In this document: positions 17,500 to 26,569 of the stretch, one piece after another | Layout: the number at the start of each line of letters is the position of its first letter | How positions within the stretch are numbered: position 1 is the first letter of the stretch | IMG/VR virus record: IMGVR_UViG_3300003523_000207 | Coordinates: 1-64,000 of that record | Length of the DNA stretch: 64,000 nucleotides | Origin: a virus | Lineage: Duplodnaviria; Caudoviricetes | Strand: one strand, 5' to 3' | Translations under genes and position numbers: made by a program | The notes under the pieces: generated by a model | The model's input: the letters and a program-made list of their open reading frames with translations, nothing else | Told to the model about the DNA's origin: nothing | Database searches by the model: none

Positions 17500-17684
17500 T
17501 ATACACCACCTAAGCCGTCATCCATCGGGTTCAAATCTTCGTCGCCGTCATAGCTGACATCCACCTTAGTCTTTGATCCGCCATATTTCCAAGTGCGGAT
17601 GCAAACGCGGAGCACGTTGCAGATGAATACCGAAAATAGTACCACCTTACTCCAATAAATAATCATAGAATGTATGTTTTTCAT
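17499..17684 (-). CDS. Small membrane protein
   Basis: 61 aa with a hydrophobic stretch, TAATG-coupled to the AAA ATPase gene. Confidence 0.55.
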   Translation of the reverse strand: MKNIHSMIIYWSKVVLFSVFICNVLRVCIRTWKYGGSKTKVDVSYDGDEDLNPMDDGLGGV

Positions 17685-17728
17685 CTAAATTCCTCAAAAA
17701 ACAAGAAAATTATAGCATTTTGCGATGC

Positions 17729-18424
17729 CTAGCGCAACACCCTGAGCAAGTCGTTTAATGATGAAACAGTGTAATCGTCGTCACGTTTTTGTGTATGTCC
17801 ATTATATGACACTGTCACACAGTGCAAAAAACCCCTATTTCCGGCCCCGCAATGGAGAGTCAGGGGTGCCGAACGGATATAGGTGGTCAGAACCAGCTCA
17901 TAGACCCTCCGTTTGACCTCTAGGTACTTGGAAACCTCCCCAAGACGCTTTTCAAGCTCGGTCTGGGCATCGTCGCAATCTGGGTCATCGTTGGAGAAAC
18001 ACGCCATACGGACACGCTTTCCTTCGCACCGTTCGAGCACCCAGTCCATAGAGGAGCCGTCAAAAACGCCTTCCACAAGCACGTCTATGCCGTCGCTAGG
18101 AAGCCGTTTCTCGGCATCGTACGGAAAGCTCGACAAAGTAAACGACCGCGGGTACCTTGGGTGGTCGAAATTGCCCAAGAAGACAATCTTGCCAGCCAAA
18201 TCTAGGTACTGCTCGTAATGGGCGTACCAGTCGTGTACGAGGACGATGGGCTTCTTGAAGAAACGGTCGGCGATCGCCATTCCGTCCCCAAGCTGCCACA
18301 CGGCGACATCGGGGTTCTCGTGACAAGAGAACCGTGTGTCTCGACACACGGCTGCAACGTCCCTAGCAAGTCGGTTGTACTTCGAAAAACCGTCCTCGGT
18401 TCCGATATCCTTTACGAATTGCAT
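17729..18424 (-). CDS. Hypothetical protein, possibly a degenerate GT-B glycosyltransferase
   Basis: GFSKY..LA, IVLVHD and ...YIRSA..LH patterns reminiscent of GT4; coupled to the upstream glycosyltransferase. Confidence 0.45.
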   Translation of the reverse strand: MQFVKDIGTEDGFSKYNRLARDVAAVCRDTRFSCHENPDVAVWQLGDGMAIADRFFKKPIVLVHDWYAHYEQYLDLAGKIVFLGNFDHPRYPRSFTLSSFPYDAEKRLPSDGIDVLVEGVFDGSSMDWVLERCEGKRVRMACFSNDDPDCDDAQTELEKRLGEVSKYLEVKRRVYELVLTTYIRSAPLTLHCGAGNRGFLHCVTVSYNGHTQKRDDDYTVSSLNDLLRVLR

Positions 18425-19479
18425 TTTTTCAGATAGTCCTTCAGTTCTTGTTTCTGTTCGTCGCTAAGACCCGGAATACCTTCAAGACCACCTAGCGCAG
18501 TCTTGACGAAAGTCGGGATGTACCACGCGCCATCCTCGGCGGCAACCGCGTCAAGCAACTTGGTGAACGACATATCGCCTTCGTTATCGATATCGTAGAT
18601 AGTCGTGTCCACGGTAAGAAGGCACAAAGGCGTACACTGCCAACGCAGACGGATTGAAAGCCGTCCCAAAGCGTCGTACTTCTCCACCAGATCTGCCAGA
18701 TTCTTATTTCCAGCGCAATACTGCTTCAAGTCGTCGCTCGACATACGGCGCAAGCAAGCGCAACGCTTTCTGTTGTCCACGTAGTCCTTGGATTCTCGGT
18801 ACGATTCTGTATCGACCTTCGGGTGGAACAGATGGTAGATGGTTCCTGAAAGTCTAAGGCTATGCCCTACCAGACGCTTGCACTTGGTCAAGAAGGCGTC
18901 GTCCTCGGCTCCCCAGTTAGTGAAAGCCTCGTCGAAGCCGCCGACCGTGTCCCAAGTAGACTTCTTGAAGATGTTGCAAAGACCGGTTTGTCGGAAAATC
19001 TCGGCTCCGTGATCCTTCGTTCCGGGCAGAAGCTCGTCGCCAGCGACGATGCGTTTCGTGTCAGGCTCGTTCAAGTACAGAACGTCGTCAAACGGAAATA
19101 CAATCGAAGCTTCGCCAGAGTCTAGGCGAGAAGCGGCCTCTCGCAACGAGCTGAAACACTCGTCCGAGAGGTACGCATCAGCATCACCCATCACGTAATA
19201 CTCATAATCCGGATATGCTTTCAATGCAGCATTGAGCAGTTCGGTTTTGCAGAACCGTCCCTTCTTCTCCGGGTCACCTTTCATTTCGTTGCACGGAACG
19301 AACTTTACCCTATCCGGATTCATCTTGGAAACCGTCTCGGCAAATCCTTGCGGATATTGTTCAGCGATTATAACATCGAAGTCGTCAGTTGTCAAGTATT
19401 TGCCGACCACTTCGCTTAAATTACGTTCGCGAAACTTGTTGCCTTTGTCATAAAATGCCATTATAACGCAAAATTTCAT
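18412..19479 (-). CDS. GT-A glycosyltransferase (GT2/GT7 galactosyltransferase-like)
   Basis: VIIAEQ, F.K..LLN, DAD (DxD), GGFDEAFTNWGAEDD, IYHLFH. Confidence 0.85.
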   Translation of the reverse strand: MKFCVIMAFYDKGNKFRERNLSEVVGKYLTTDDFDVIIAEQYPQGFAETVSKMNPDRVKFVPCNEMKGDPEKKGRFCKTELLNAALKAYPDYEYYVMGDADAYLSDECFSSLREAASRLDSGEASIVFPFDDVLYLNEPDTKRIVAGDELLPGTKDHGAEIFRQTGLCNIFKKSTWDTVGGFDEAFTNWGAEDDAFLTKCKRLVGHSLRLSGTIYHLFHPKVDTESYRESKDYVDNRKRCACLRRMSSDDLKQYCAGNKNLADLVEKYDALGRLSIRLRWQCTPLCLLTVDTTIYDIDNEGDMSFTKLLDAVAAEDGAWYIPTFVKTALGGLEGIPGLSDEQKQELKDYLKKCNS

Positions 19480-19535
19480 TAGATCCGCCGTTTTATAAAC
19501 TACTTAGTTGGCAATTATACAAAAAAGAGATTTGA

Positions 19536-21218
19536 ATGTCATTTAACGGTATTACAAACTTGAGAGACGCTAAAGAGCGTGTCAAGTTGAAACCCGAACA
19601 CCTCGCTGAAATAAAGAAGTGTGCTCAGGACCCGTTGTACTTTATCAACACGTATATGTACATCAATACCAAAGACAACGGTATGCAGCTCTTTAAGACT
19701 TGGCCTTTCCAAGACGAAGCAATCAAGCGATTCTTGAAATATCGATTCAACATTAACCGTTGGTCACGACAGGTCGGTAAATCAACAATCGTTCGAGGGT
19801 TCATTCTTTGGCACGCGATGTTCCACGGCGACCAGCTAGTCGCTATGCTTGCTAACAAACTTTCGCTCGCGAAGGAACAGCTGCAGCTTCTGCGCGATTC
19901 CTATGTGGCGTTGCCTTACTGGTTACAGCCCGGTGTGAAGCTCTGGAACAAGATGAGTATTCAGTTTTCGAACAACACTCGTATCCTCGTGGCGGCCAGT
20001 TCTCCGGACGGTATTCGTGGTTTCTCGCCAAACTTGCTGTATTTGGACGAATTTGCGTTCTTGCGCAACGGTATGGCCGACGAATTTATGGCCTCCGTAT
20101 TCCCGGCAATCTCTTCCGGTAAGAAAACCCGTGTGATTATCACTTCCACACCCGCGGGGTTAAATCATTTCTACCGTATGTGGGAAGATGCAGTCGACGA
20201 AAATACTGCATCCTACCATGATTTGATGTCAAAATACGTCAAATCTACTGTGAAATGGAACGAGGTTCCGGGACGTGACGCCCAGTGGGGTATCGATGAA
20301 AAGGCTCGTATCGGCGAACAGAAGTTCAGACAAGAATACGAGTGCGACTTCATCGGTTCTGCCGTGACGCTCATCGACTTCACCATTCTGCAGAAGCTTC
20401 ACCCATCGAAGCCGAAACCCATTCGAGGATTGCCGTCAGAGTATAGCCTACGAATCTTCCAAGTGCCTTTACCAAAGCAGAAACTTGAAGTTAACGGCTG
20501 GGTCTATATCGCCGCGATCGACTCTGGTTATGGTATTCGTCAAGACTACCACGTACTTCAGATTTTCTTGGCACGAAGCAGCACTGACCTAGAACAAGTA
20601 TGTGTTTTGTCGTCCAATGAGGTGACAATCGAAGACTTTTGTACAATGGCCAGAAAGTTGCTCAAGGGTTACTACGACCCAGACTTGACAATCGAATTCA
20701 ACGGTCCGGGTGCCCGTACCTACTACATTTTCCAGCAAAACTTGGAATATGAAAACCTAGTGAATTACGACAACAAGTTCCGTGGTATGTGGGCTACCGA
20801 TGGCATCAAGCAGAGTGCCGTGATGCTACTGAAGCTCTATGTACAGAGGTTTTACGCAAAGATTCACGACGAGACCACAATTAACGAGCTGATGTCGTTC
20901 ACCGAAATTACCAAGAAGCACTGGGGAGGTGGCGGCGGAAACCACGACGACCACGTTACCTCATTGTACTGGGTAATCTATCACGCCGCATCCAACTGGT
21001 TCCAAGGCAATCAGGTCGAGATTCCGTTCCTCAGCGGACTTGAGCTTATGTTCGCTTCTATGCCGGGTCACGAGTCCGACGAGGACAAGGCCATCGAGTT
21101 CGTGCAAGACCAAGACGCTGTTGATGAACAGACGGCGGTCGGACAGCTCCAGTACGAACAAGCAAAGGCGTACAATATGCCCAAAATTGGGATGACGAAC
21201 CAAATGGCGACCGTATAA
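19536..21218 (+). CDS. terL: Terminase large subunit (T4 gp17-like)
   Basis: DPLYF..Y, SRQVGKS, LLYLDEFAF, IITSTP, F.QEYEC.F.GS, nuclease AIDSG...HDD. Confidence 0.95.
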   Translation: MSFNGITNLRDAKERVKLKPEHLAEIKKCAQDPLYFINTYMYINTKDNGMQLFKTWPFQDEAIKRFLKYRFNINRWSRQVGKSTIVRGFILWHAMFHGDQLVAMLANKLSLAKEQLQLLRDSYVALPYWLQPGVKLWNKMSIQFSNNTRILVAASSPDGIRGFSPNLLYLDEFAFLRNGMADEFMASVFPAISSGKKTRVIITSTPAGLNHFYRMWEDAVDENTASYHDLMSKYVKSTVKWNEVPGRDAQWGIDEKARIGEQKFRQEYECDFIGSAVTLIDFTILQKLHPSKPKPIRGLPSEYSLRIFQVPLPKQKLEVNGWVYIAAIDSGYGIRQDYHVLQIFLARSSTDLEQVCVLSSNEVTIEDFCTMARKLLKGYYDPDLTIEFNGPGARTYYIFQQNLEYENLVNYDNKFRGMWATDGIKQSAVMLLKLYVQRFYAKIHDETTINELMSFTEITKKHWGGGGGNHDDHVTSLYWVIYHAASNWFQGNQVEIPFLSGLELMFASMPGHESDEDKAIEFVQDQDAVDEQTAVGQLQYEQAKAYNMPKIGMTNQMATV

Positions 21219-21248
21219 ACTGCGAATAAGCAACCATAGGATTGACCG

Positions 21249-22166
21249 ATGTTCAGCGAACTTGACGATTTGAAGCAACTTACACAGGCCGTGGCCTTGG
21301 AAGCAATCGACCTCACCAAGGAAAAGGAAGAGGCTGACGATACCGACCACGGTGCGATGATTATTGACGGTGAGATGGATAATCGACCGTTCGAAAATGA
21401 TGACGGTAAAGTAAAAGTCATCAAAGTGGACGGCACGGCTGACACCAAGTCAGTTGGCGGAAGTTCTGGAAACTTGACTTCCGACAAGGTCAAGTCCAAG
21501 CGACCCATCTTCGAGCAGAAACCCGACCAAGAACTGACCGACAGCGACCTCGAAGGCATCTTCGGCAAGGGTCTCGGTGCAAAGATTGGTGGCATCGGTT
21601 CCCTCAAGAAGGCTCTCGAATGCTGTGTGGACGGCGACCCCGACTGCGAACACCAGTTCCATCCGGGCGACTACGTGACCACCAAATGCTGCAAGAAGCC
21701 GGTAATCCTTATCATCAAGAGTTCCGACGGTCCGGTTATCACAACCGCAAAGCCGACGAACGATATGGACGAATATTGTGAAGGCAACGACGGTTGCTGG
21801 CCGGAATTTTCCTTCGACCAAGACGAAATTGAACCGATTCCGGGCATTTCGCTGAACGACATTATGAATGTTATGGCATTCAATGACGCAAAGTACGAAA
21901 GCCTTACCGACGGTTCCGTCGACGAAGACAAGCAGAAGGAAATCGTTGACAAGACCAACGATATGCTCCAAGACAAGAAAATCGAAGGCGCAGACGACTG
22001 CAAGCCAGGTGAGTTCTGCGACCAAGAGGCCGTAATCGAGCGTATGAAGGATATTTTCGGCGACCAGTCGTACACCTTCGCTTCGCCGAAAGTAACTACG
22101 CTTGACCGTAACGGAAATGTTGAGACTAGCCAGTGTGCTGGCAAGGTTAGCTTCGGGGCGTGGTAA
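21249..22166 (+). CDS. Acidic hypothetical protein
   Basis: 305 aa ORF preceded by TATAAACT (21214-21221). Confidence 0.65.
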   Translation: MFSELDDLKQLTQAVALEAIDLTKEKEEADDTDHGAMIIDGEMDNRPFENDDGKVKVIKVDGTADTKSVGGSSGNLTSDKVKSKRPIFEQKPDQELTDSDLEGIFGKGLGAKIGGIGSLKKALECCVDGDPDCEHQFHPGDYVTTKCCKKPVILIIKSSDGPVITTAKPTNDMDEYCEGNDGCWPEFSFDQDEIEPIPGISLNDIMNVMAFNDAKYESLTDGSVDEDKQKEIVDKTNDMLQDKKIEGADDCKPGEFCDQEAVIERMKDIFGDQSYTFASPKVTTLDRNGNVETSQCAGKVSFGAW

Positions 22167-22513
22167 TGAGCGAACAGATCAAGGCAAAACCAAAGTTTTT
22201 CTATGACAACGGATGCCCCATCTGTTCTCAGTACCGCCGTCTAGTCGAACGCAAAATCGGCGACCAAGTCGAATACGTCCCTGCCCAGCAGAACGCCTCC
22301 GACTTCGAATATCTCGCCACTGACGGAGTTAAGTATTCCGGAGCCAAAGCGATTGAAGCTCTAGTCAAGGATTTCCCGGCAGTCAAAGACTATATGTGGG
22401 TTCTTCCAGAAAAGTACAAGATGACCGCGATGAAGGCTGTCTACAAGGTCAGCAGCGTAGTCAGGAAGGCTTACGGAACGGTCAAGAAAGGCTGTAACTG
22501 CGGCAAACACTAA
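22166..22513 (+). CDS. DCC1/DUF393-like thiol-disulfide oxidoreductase
   Basis: FFYDNGCPIC (DxxCxxC) and G..YSG..A; C-terminal GCNCG. Confidence 0.7.
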   Translation: MSEQIKAKPKFFYDNGCPICSQYRRLVERKIGDQVEYVPAQQNASDFEYLATDGVKYSGAKAIEALVKDFPAVKDYMWVLPEKYKMTAMKAVYKVSSVVRKAYGTVKKGCNCGKH

Positions 22514-22597
22514 AATTCTCGTCATCATAAAGGAAAGCCGGGTCATTGCGCTCGGCTTTTCTTTATGCTATATTTGTGGCAAACCAAGAGGATATTT

Positions 22598-23623
22598 ATG
22601 GCAAACGAAGTACAGTGGGTCGACATATCGACCGTCTGGGGAAAAACAAAACCGTCGTCGATGACTTTCGTTGACTTGTTCTGCGGTGCCGGTGGCTTGA
22701 GCAAGGGTCTGGAAATGGCTGGTCTGAAAGGCATCTGCGGCCTTGACTGGTCTAAGGAAGCCGGTATGACCTATGCGAGGAACTTCAAGCATCCGTTCGT
22801 CAACGGTGACATCACGACTCCGGAGCAGAAGGACGAGTTCTACGAGATCGTCAAGAAACAGCTCAAGAATCGTAAGCTCAACTTGGTGGTCGGTGGATTC
22901 CCGTGTCAAGGGTTCAGTATGGCCGGAAAGCGTATCGCCGACGACCCAAGGAATTCTCTGTACAAGGAAATGCTCGAAGTCGTCAAGAACCTCCAGCCTG
23001 AGTTCGTCGTTTGCGAAAACGTGAAAGGCATCTTGAGTATGCTTGACGGCGAAGTGGTCAAGAAGATCGTATCTGACTACAAGAAAATCGGTTACGAAAT
23101 GACCTTCGCCACATTGAACGCAGCCGCATACTACACACCGCAGAAGCGCGAACGCGTAATCTTCATCGGGAACCGTATCGGAGTGCCGAACCTCCACCCC
23201 AAGCCCATTCTGGAACCGGCCGTGTACGTTACGACCGGCCAAGCGATTGCCGACCTTATGAGACACAAGACCGATCCAGACTTCAACCACGTCCCGACCA
23301 AGCACAGTCCGGAAATGGCGGCTCGCATCGCTATGACACCGGAAGGAAAGAGCCTCTACGACGGCTACAGCGACGCTTGGAAGAAGTGTCCTTGGAATGA
23401 AGCCTCTTGCACCGTCAAGGAAAATCACGGCGGCGTAAACCTCCACCCGAAGCTTCCGCGTGTACTTACTGCAAGGGAAATGGCTCGTCTGCAATCATTC
23501 CCCGACAATTTCATTTTCGAAGGACCGAAAAGCAAGCAACTGGTACAGATCGGCAACGCCGTTCCGCCGCGCCTTGCAAAAGCGATTGGCCTCGCTATCC
23601 GCAAGGCCAAAGGTGAAATCTAG
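22598..23623 (+). CDS. C5 DNA cytosine methyltransferase (orphan)
   Basis: DLFCGAGG, GGFPCQGFS, ENV, QKRERV, REMARLQSFP, QIGNAVPP. Confidence 0.95.
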   Translation: MANEVQWVDISTVWGKTKPSSMTFVDLFCGAGGLSKGLEMAGLKGICGLDWSKEAGMTYARNFKHPFVNGDITTPEQKDEFYEIVKKQLKNRKLNLVVGGFPCQGFSMAGKRIADDPRNSLYKEMLEVVKNLQPEFVVCENVKGILSMLDGEVVKKIVSDYKKIGYEMTFATLNAAAYYTPQKRERVIFIGNRIGVPNLHPKPILEPAVYVTTGQAIADLMRHKTDPDFNHVPTKHSPEMAARIAMTPEGKSLYDGYSDAWKKCPWNEASCTVKENHGGVNLHPKLPRVLTAREMARLQSFPDNFIFEGPKSKQLVQIGNAVPPRLAKAIGLAIRKAKGEI

Positions 23624-24096
23624 TAGACGTTACGTCTGACTGAATACTTGGGCAGCTTTTTATGAAGCTGCTCTTTTATTTTTGGTTTCGCCAGCTCGTA
23701 GGCATCGAGAGCTATTCGATTGCGATAATGCGGATTTCCACGGTTCAGCGAGAAGCTGTTCTCTTCCTCGCTGCAAATCTGGGCGACTTCGTCCATAATG
23801 GAAATGTTCACGGAGTCATTGCGGACTCCGCCGAAGCCAGCGTTATAGATTACCGCGTGCTCTTGCTTTCTTACCGACAGCCTGACGAACGCGCCGAGGA
23901 CGTTGAACTGGATTCCATCGTTCGCGAAAATCTGGTCGAGCACGCCAGCTGTATAAGCATTTTTGATCTTGGCGTCAAGCTCGTTGCAGAACGTAAATAC
24001 GAAATGTTCCGGGTCGTTCTTGTACAAGCTGAGGATAGCCTCGTAAAGGTTCTCGTTAGAACCGCATATTTTCTTGACCGTTTCTAAAAACAACAT
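23620..24096 (-). CDS. Hypothetical late protein
   Basis: 158 aa; TATAAACT at 24124-24131 and a leader hairpin. Confidence 0.6.
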   Translation of the reverse strand: MLFLETVKKICGSNENLYEAILSLYKNDPEHFVFTFCNELDAKIKNAYTAGVLDQIFANDGIQFNVLGAFVRLSVRKQEHAVIYNAGFGGVRNDSVNISIMDEVAQICSEEENSFSLNRGNPHYRNRIALDAYELAKPKIKEQLHKKLPKYSVRRNVY

Positions 24097-24143
24097 AGGG
24101 AGTAACCTTGATAGCTACTCCCTAGTTTATAATTTCGTTAGGT

Positions 24144-25046
24144 CTAACCAAGCTTGATAGAGGTTCCTTCGAGAGGAGTCAAGAAGCCGAGAACGATATG
24201 GAACTGGCCATTTTCAAAGCTAGGCTTGATATTGTTGCTGTCAACTGGTCGAGGAATCGGATAGACGACCGTGTGGGTTCCAAGTAAGTAGTCCGGAATG
24301 TTCACTTGGGAAGTGATTTTCGGCTTCGTCTTGGCTGCTCCCTTCGCACCCTTGACCTTCTTTGCGGCCTTCAGTTTAGCGGTAAGCTTGTCTACGAAAG
24401 TGGTTCGTGTGAACGTAATGGAGACCTCGTTCTGCGGAGTCAGCGTCGCGCTCACGTTTTCTTTCGAAATTCCCGGCAAGTCGACGATGACGTGACATTC
24501 GTCATTCGTCATAATCAGCTCGGAGAACGGTTCTTGCAAGTAGTAGGCGGACTGCGGTTGCTGTTGCTGAGGCTGCTGGGTAATGGGAACGCCTTGCTGC
24601 TGTTGCGGCTGCATCTGCGGTACTTGTTGCTGGACAGTCTGTTGTGGATAGTAGTTTGGTGGTACTTGCTGCGGCTGTTGCGGTTGCTGGTATACTGACG
24701 GTTGGACGTAGTTACCGGCGAACTGCTGATTCTGCATAGGCTGCGGAGCCGGTTGCTGAGCCATCGTATTCAGACCGATGCCCATACCCCTACCACCAAC
24801 GCGATGACGCTGGTTAATCATATCTGTTTCTCTCATAGTTTGCTGTATGGCGGACATACTGACACGTTCGCCTTCACCGGTGTTCCCCAAAGTGACGTTG
24901 TAGTCTGGGACACCATTATTGAAAATGATGGTAGAACCAAAATCTTCTTCAGCCATAGATGACCTTCTTTTTAAATGTTCAACTTCGACTATATCGTCGT
25001 CCTTGGCACCGAATAATTTAGCTGCAATGTTCTTAAAGAATCCCAT
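24144..25046 (-). CDS. Hsp20/alpha-crystallin domain protein with a Q/P-rich linker
   Basis: VIVDLPGISKENV and PRPVDSNNIKPSFENGQFHI match the alpha-crystallin domain. Confidence 0.75.
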   Translation of the reverse strand: MGFFKNIAAKLFGAKDDDIVEVEHLKRRSSMAEEDFGSTIIFNNGVPDYNVTLGNTGEGERVSMSAIQQTMRETDMINQRHRVGGRGMGIGLNTMAQQPAPQPMQNQQFAGNYVQPSVYQQPQQPQQVPPNYYPQQTVQQQVPQMQPQQQQGVPITQQPQQQQPQSAYYLQEPFSELIMTNDECHVIVDLPGISKENVSATLTPQNEVSITFTRTTFVDKLTAKLKAAKKVKGAKGAAKTKPKITSQVNIPDYLLGTHTVVYPIPRPVDSNNIKPSFENGQFHIVLGFLTPLEGTSIKLG

Positions 25047-25858
25047 TAACTACCCAGCGCATCTCGAAGCTCGGACACGACTGGTACACTTCTTAGCTTT
25101 GCCAACGCACGATTCCTAATGCGGCGTATGATTTCCTTGCTGACACGGCGTTCAGCGGAAATTTCACTAACGGTATCTTCGTATCCATCCAAGCCATACA
25201 GTCTACGCAGTAAATTAGTTTCTTCTGGCGTCAAGTTGTCTTCTAGGATCGATTTTAGCTTGTCTCGTCGCATTTCGTCTTCCAGATTGGCGTCGGTACG
25301 CTCATCGGAAGCCAGCGTATCTGCCAAGACGATTGGGGTTCGGTTCTTTGCAGTATCGCCTACAATGCTTCGTTCGACCGAGGCAGGTTCTGATACGGCG
25401 TTATCGGCAAGCTGGCCATATTGGATATGTTCAACCGATTCGCCTTTTTTCCTAGCCTTCAGAACGCGTTTACGCATTCTAACCGGTACTCGAACCATAT
25501 CGCTGTTGTGGACAATCAGGTCCATATGGCGTCGAACCTCGAAAACTGCGAACGAGCCGAACTTCGTGCCGCAAGTGTAGTCGTACTTGTTGAATGCTTC
25601 GAGCATACCGAGCTTCCCCTCGGCAAAGAAATCGTTGATCGGCAGACCAGTAGACTTCTTGTACGCTCTGGCTACAGCCAGTACGAATCTCAAGTTAGAC
25701 TGTATTATGGCGAGCTTTATTTCGGTACGCCTTTTTTCGTCCTTTGTTGAATGGAATTCACGAAATAGCTCAGTTTCTGCCTTTCGGCCGAGGATTTTGT
25801 ACTTTACAGTTTCTTCAATCAGTATCTTCGTAGACCAGTCTTCCTCATAGGTCTTCAT
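25046..25858 (-). CDS. RNA polymerase sigma70-family factor
   Basis: Region 2 IIQSNLRFVLAVARAY...EGKLGMLEAFNKYD...KFGSFAV; region 4 HTH T..EIS..VSKE.IR.I...AL.KL; probable start MKTYEE. Confidence 0.9.
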   Translation of the reverse strand: MKTYEEDWSTKILIEETVKYKILGRKAETELFREFHSTKDEKRRTEIKLAIIQSNLRFVLAVARAYKKSTGLPINDFFAEGKLGMLEAFNKYDYTCGTKFGSFAVFEVRRHMDLIVHNSDMVRVPVRMRKRVLKARKKGESVEHIQYGQLADNAVSEPASVERSIVGDTAKNRTPIVLADTLASDERTDANLEDEMRRDKLKSILEDNLTPEETNLLRRLYGLDGYEDTVSEISAERRVSKEIIRRIRNRALAKLRSVPVVSELRDALGS

Positions 25859-25933
25859 CCGCACTCGCTTTGTGGAATTGGGAATAAATATAATACATCC
25901 GAGTTTGTAATGCAAATTTTACATGGACAAGGA

Positions 25934-25949
25934 ATAAACTGCAGTTTAT
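25934..25949. promoter_or_regulatory. Perfect 16-bp palindrome ATAAACTGCAGTTTAT made of two overlapping late-motif copies
   Basis: Lies between the divergent sigma gene and the 25950/infA operon. Confidence 0.55.
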
Positions 25950-26303
25950 ATGACGATGAAACGAGATATATACGATTCTGTGGCACTGACCAGTGACCAA
26001 GCGGCCTTCAAGAAGCTGGTGGACGATGCTTCGGTTAAGCTAACCAAGTATTCCCGCTCCGTCAGCGTGGTCGGCTGCAAGTCCGGCCCCGGTTATGAAT
26101 ATTCCGACTATGTCGTAACGATTCGAGTAACCCACGACCGACAGTCTTGCTGCGTATTCCGAAACCGAACCGGTGTAATGGTGTATGCAATGATTGGTGG
26201 TAAGGTAGCCAGTGTCCATCACGAGTTCATATTTGTAGAAGACCATCTACAATCGTTATTGGCAGCCAACAATCAATCACCAGAAAAGGAAGGAAATGGC
26301 TAA
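25950..26303 (+). CDS. Hypothetical protein
   Basis: 117 aa ORF overlapping the infA start. Confidence 0.55.
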   Translation: MTMKRDIYDSVALTSDQAAFKKLVDDASVKLTKYSRSVSVVGCKSGPGYEYSDYVVTIRVTHDRQSCCVFRNRTGVMVYAMIGGKVASVHHEFIFVEDHLQSLLAANNQSPEKEGNG

Positions 26304-26517
26304 GGAAGAAAGCATATCAGTCAATGGAGTAGTGACGGAAGAAAGAGGAAGCGGATTCTTCACCGTCCAGCTGGAAAACGGTCACCAGCTAATTGCCCGT
26401 CTAGCCGGGAAAATGGAAAAACGTAACAAAATCAGAGTATGTACGGAAGACCGAGTAATTGTCGAAATCAGCCCGTATGACCTTGACCGAGGCCGAATTA
26501 CCTACAGATACAAATGA
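26296..26517 (+). CDS. infA: Translation initiation factor IF-1
   Basis: MAKEESI...LENGH...GKM...IRV..DRVIVEISPYDLDRGRITYRYK; strong AGGAGG-like RBS. Confidence 0.95.
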   Translation: MAKEESISVNGVVTEERGSGFFTVQLENGHQLIARLAGKMEKRNKIRVCTEDRVIVEISPYDLDRGRITYRYK

Positions 26518-26518
26518 G

Positions 26519-26547
26519 AAAACCGCTACCGATATGGCAGCGGTTCC
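26519..26547. terminator. Terminator-like hairpin between convergent genes
   Basis: AACCGCT-accgatatggc-AGCGGTT. Confidence 0.5.
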
Positions 26548-26569
26548 CTAAAACCTAAAGCGCAAGCTC

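Noticed and set aside
22598-24096. Restriction-modification pair (MTase plus convergent ORF)
   Set aside because: The 158-aa ORF lacks recognisable nuclease motifs and follows a late promoter motif
25859-25915. Identical MHYKL N-termini on two ORFs (25915 and 51108)
   Set aside because: Artefact of translating the promoter-like sequence TTGCATTA(C/T)AAACTC; the true starts are downstream
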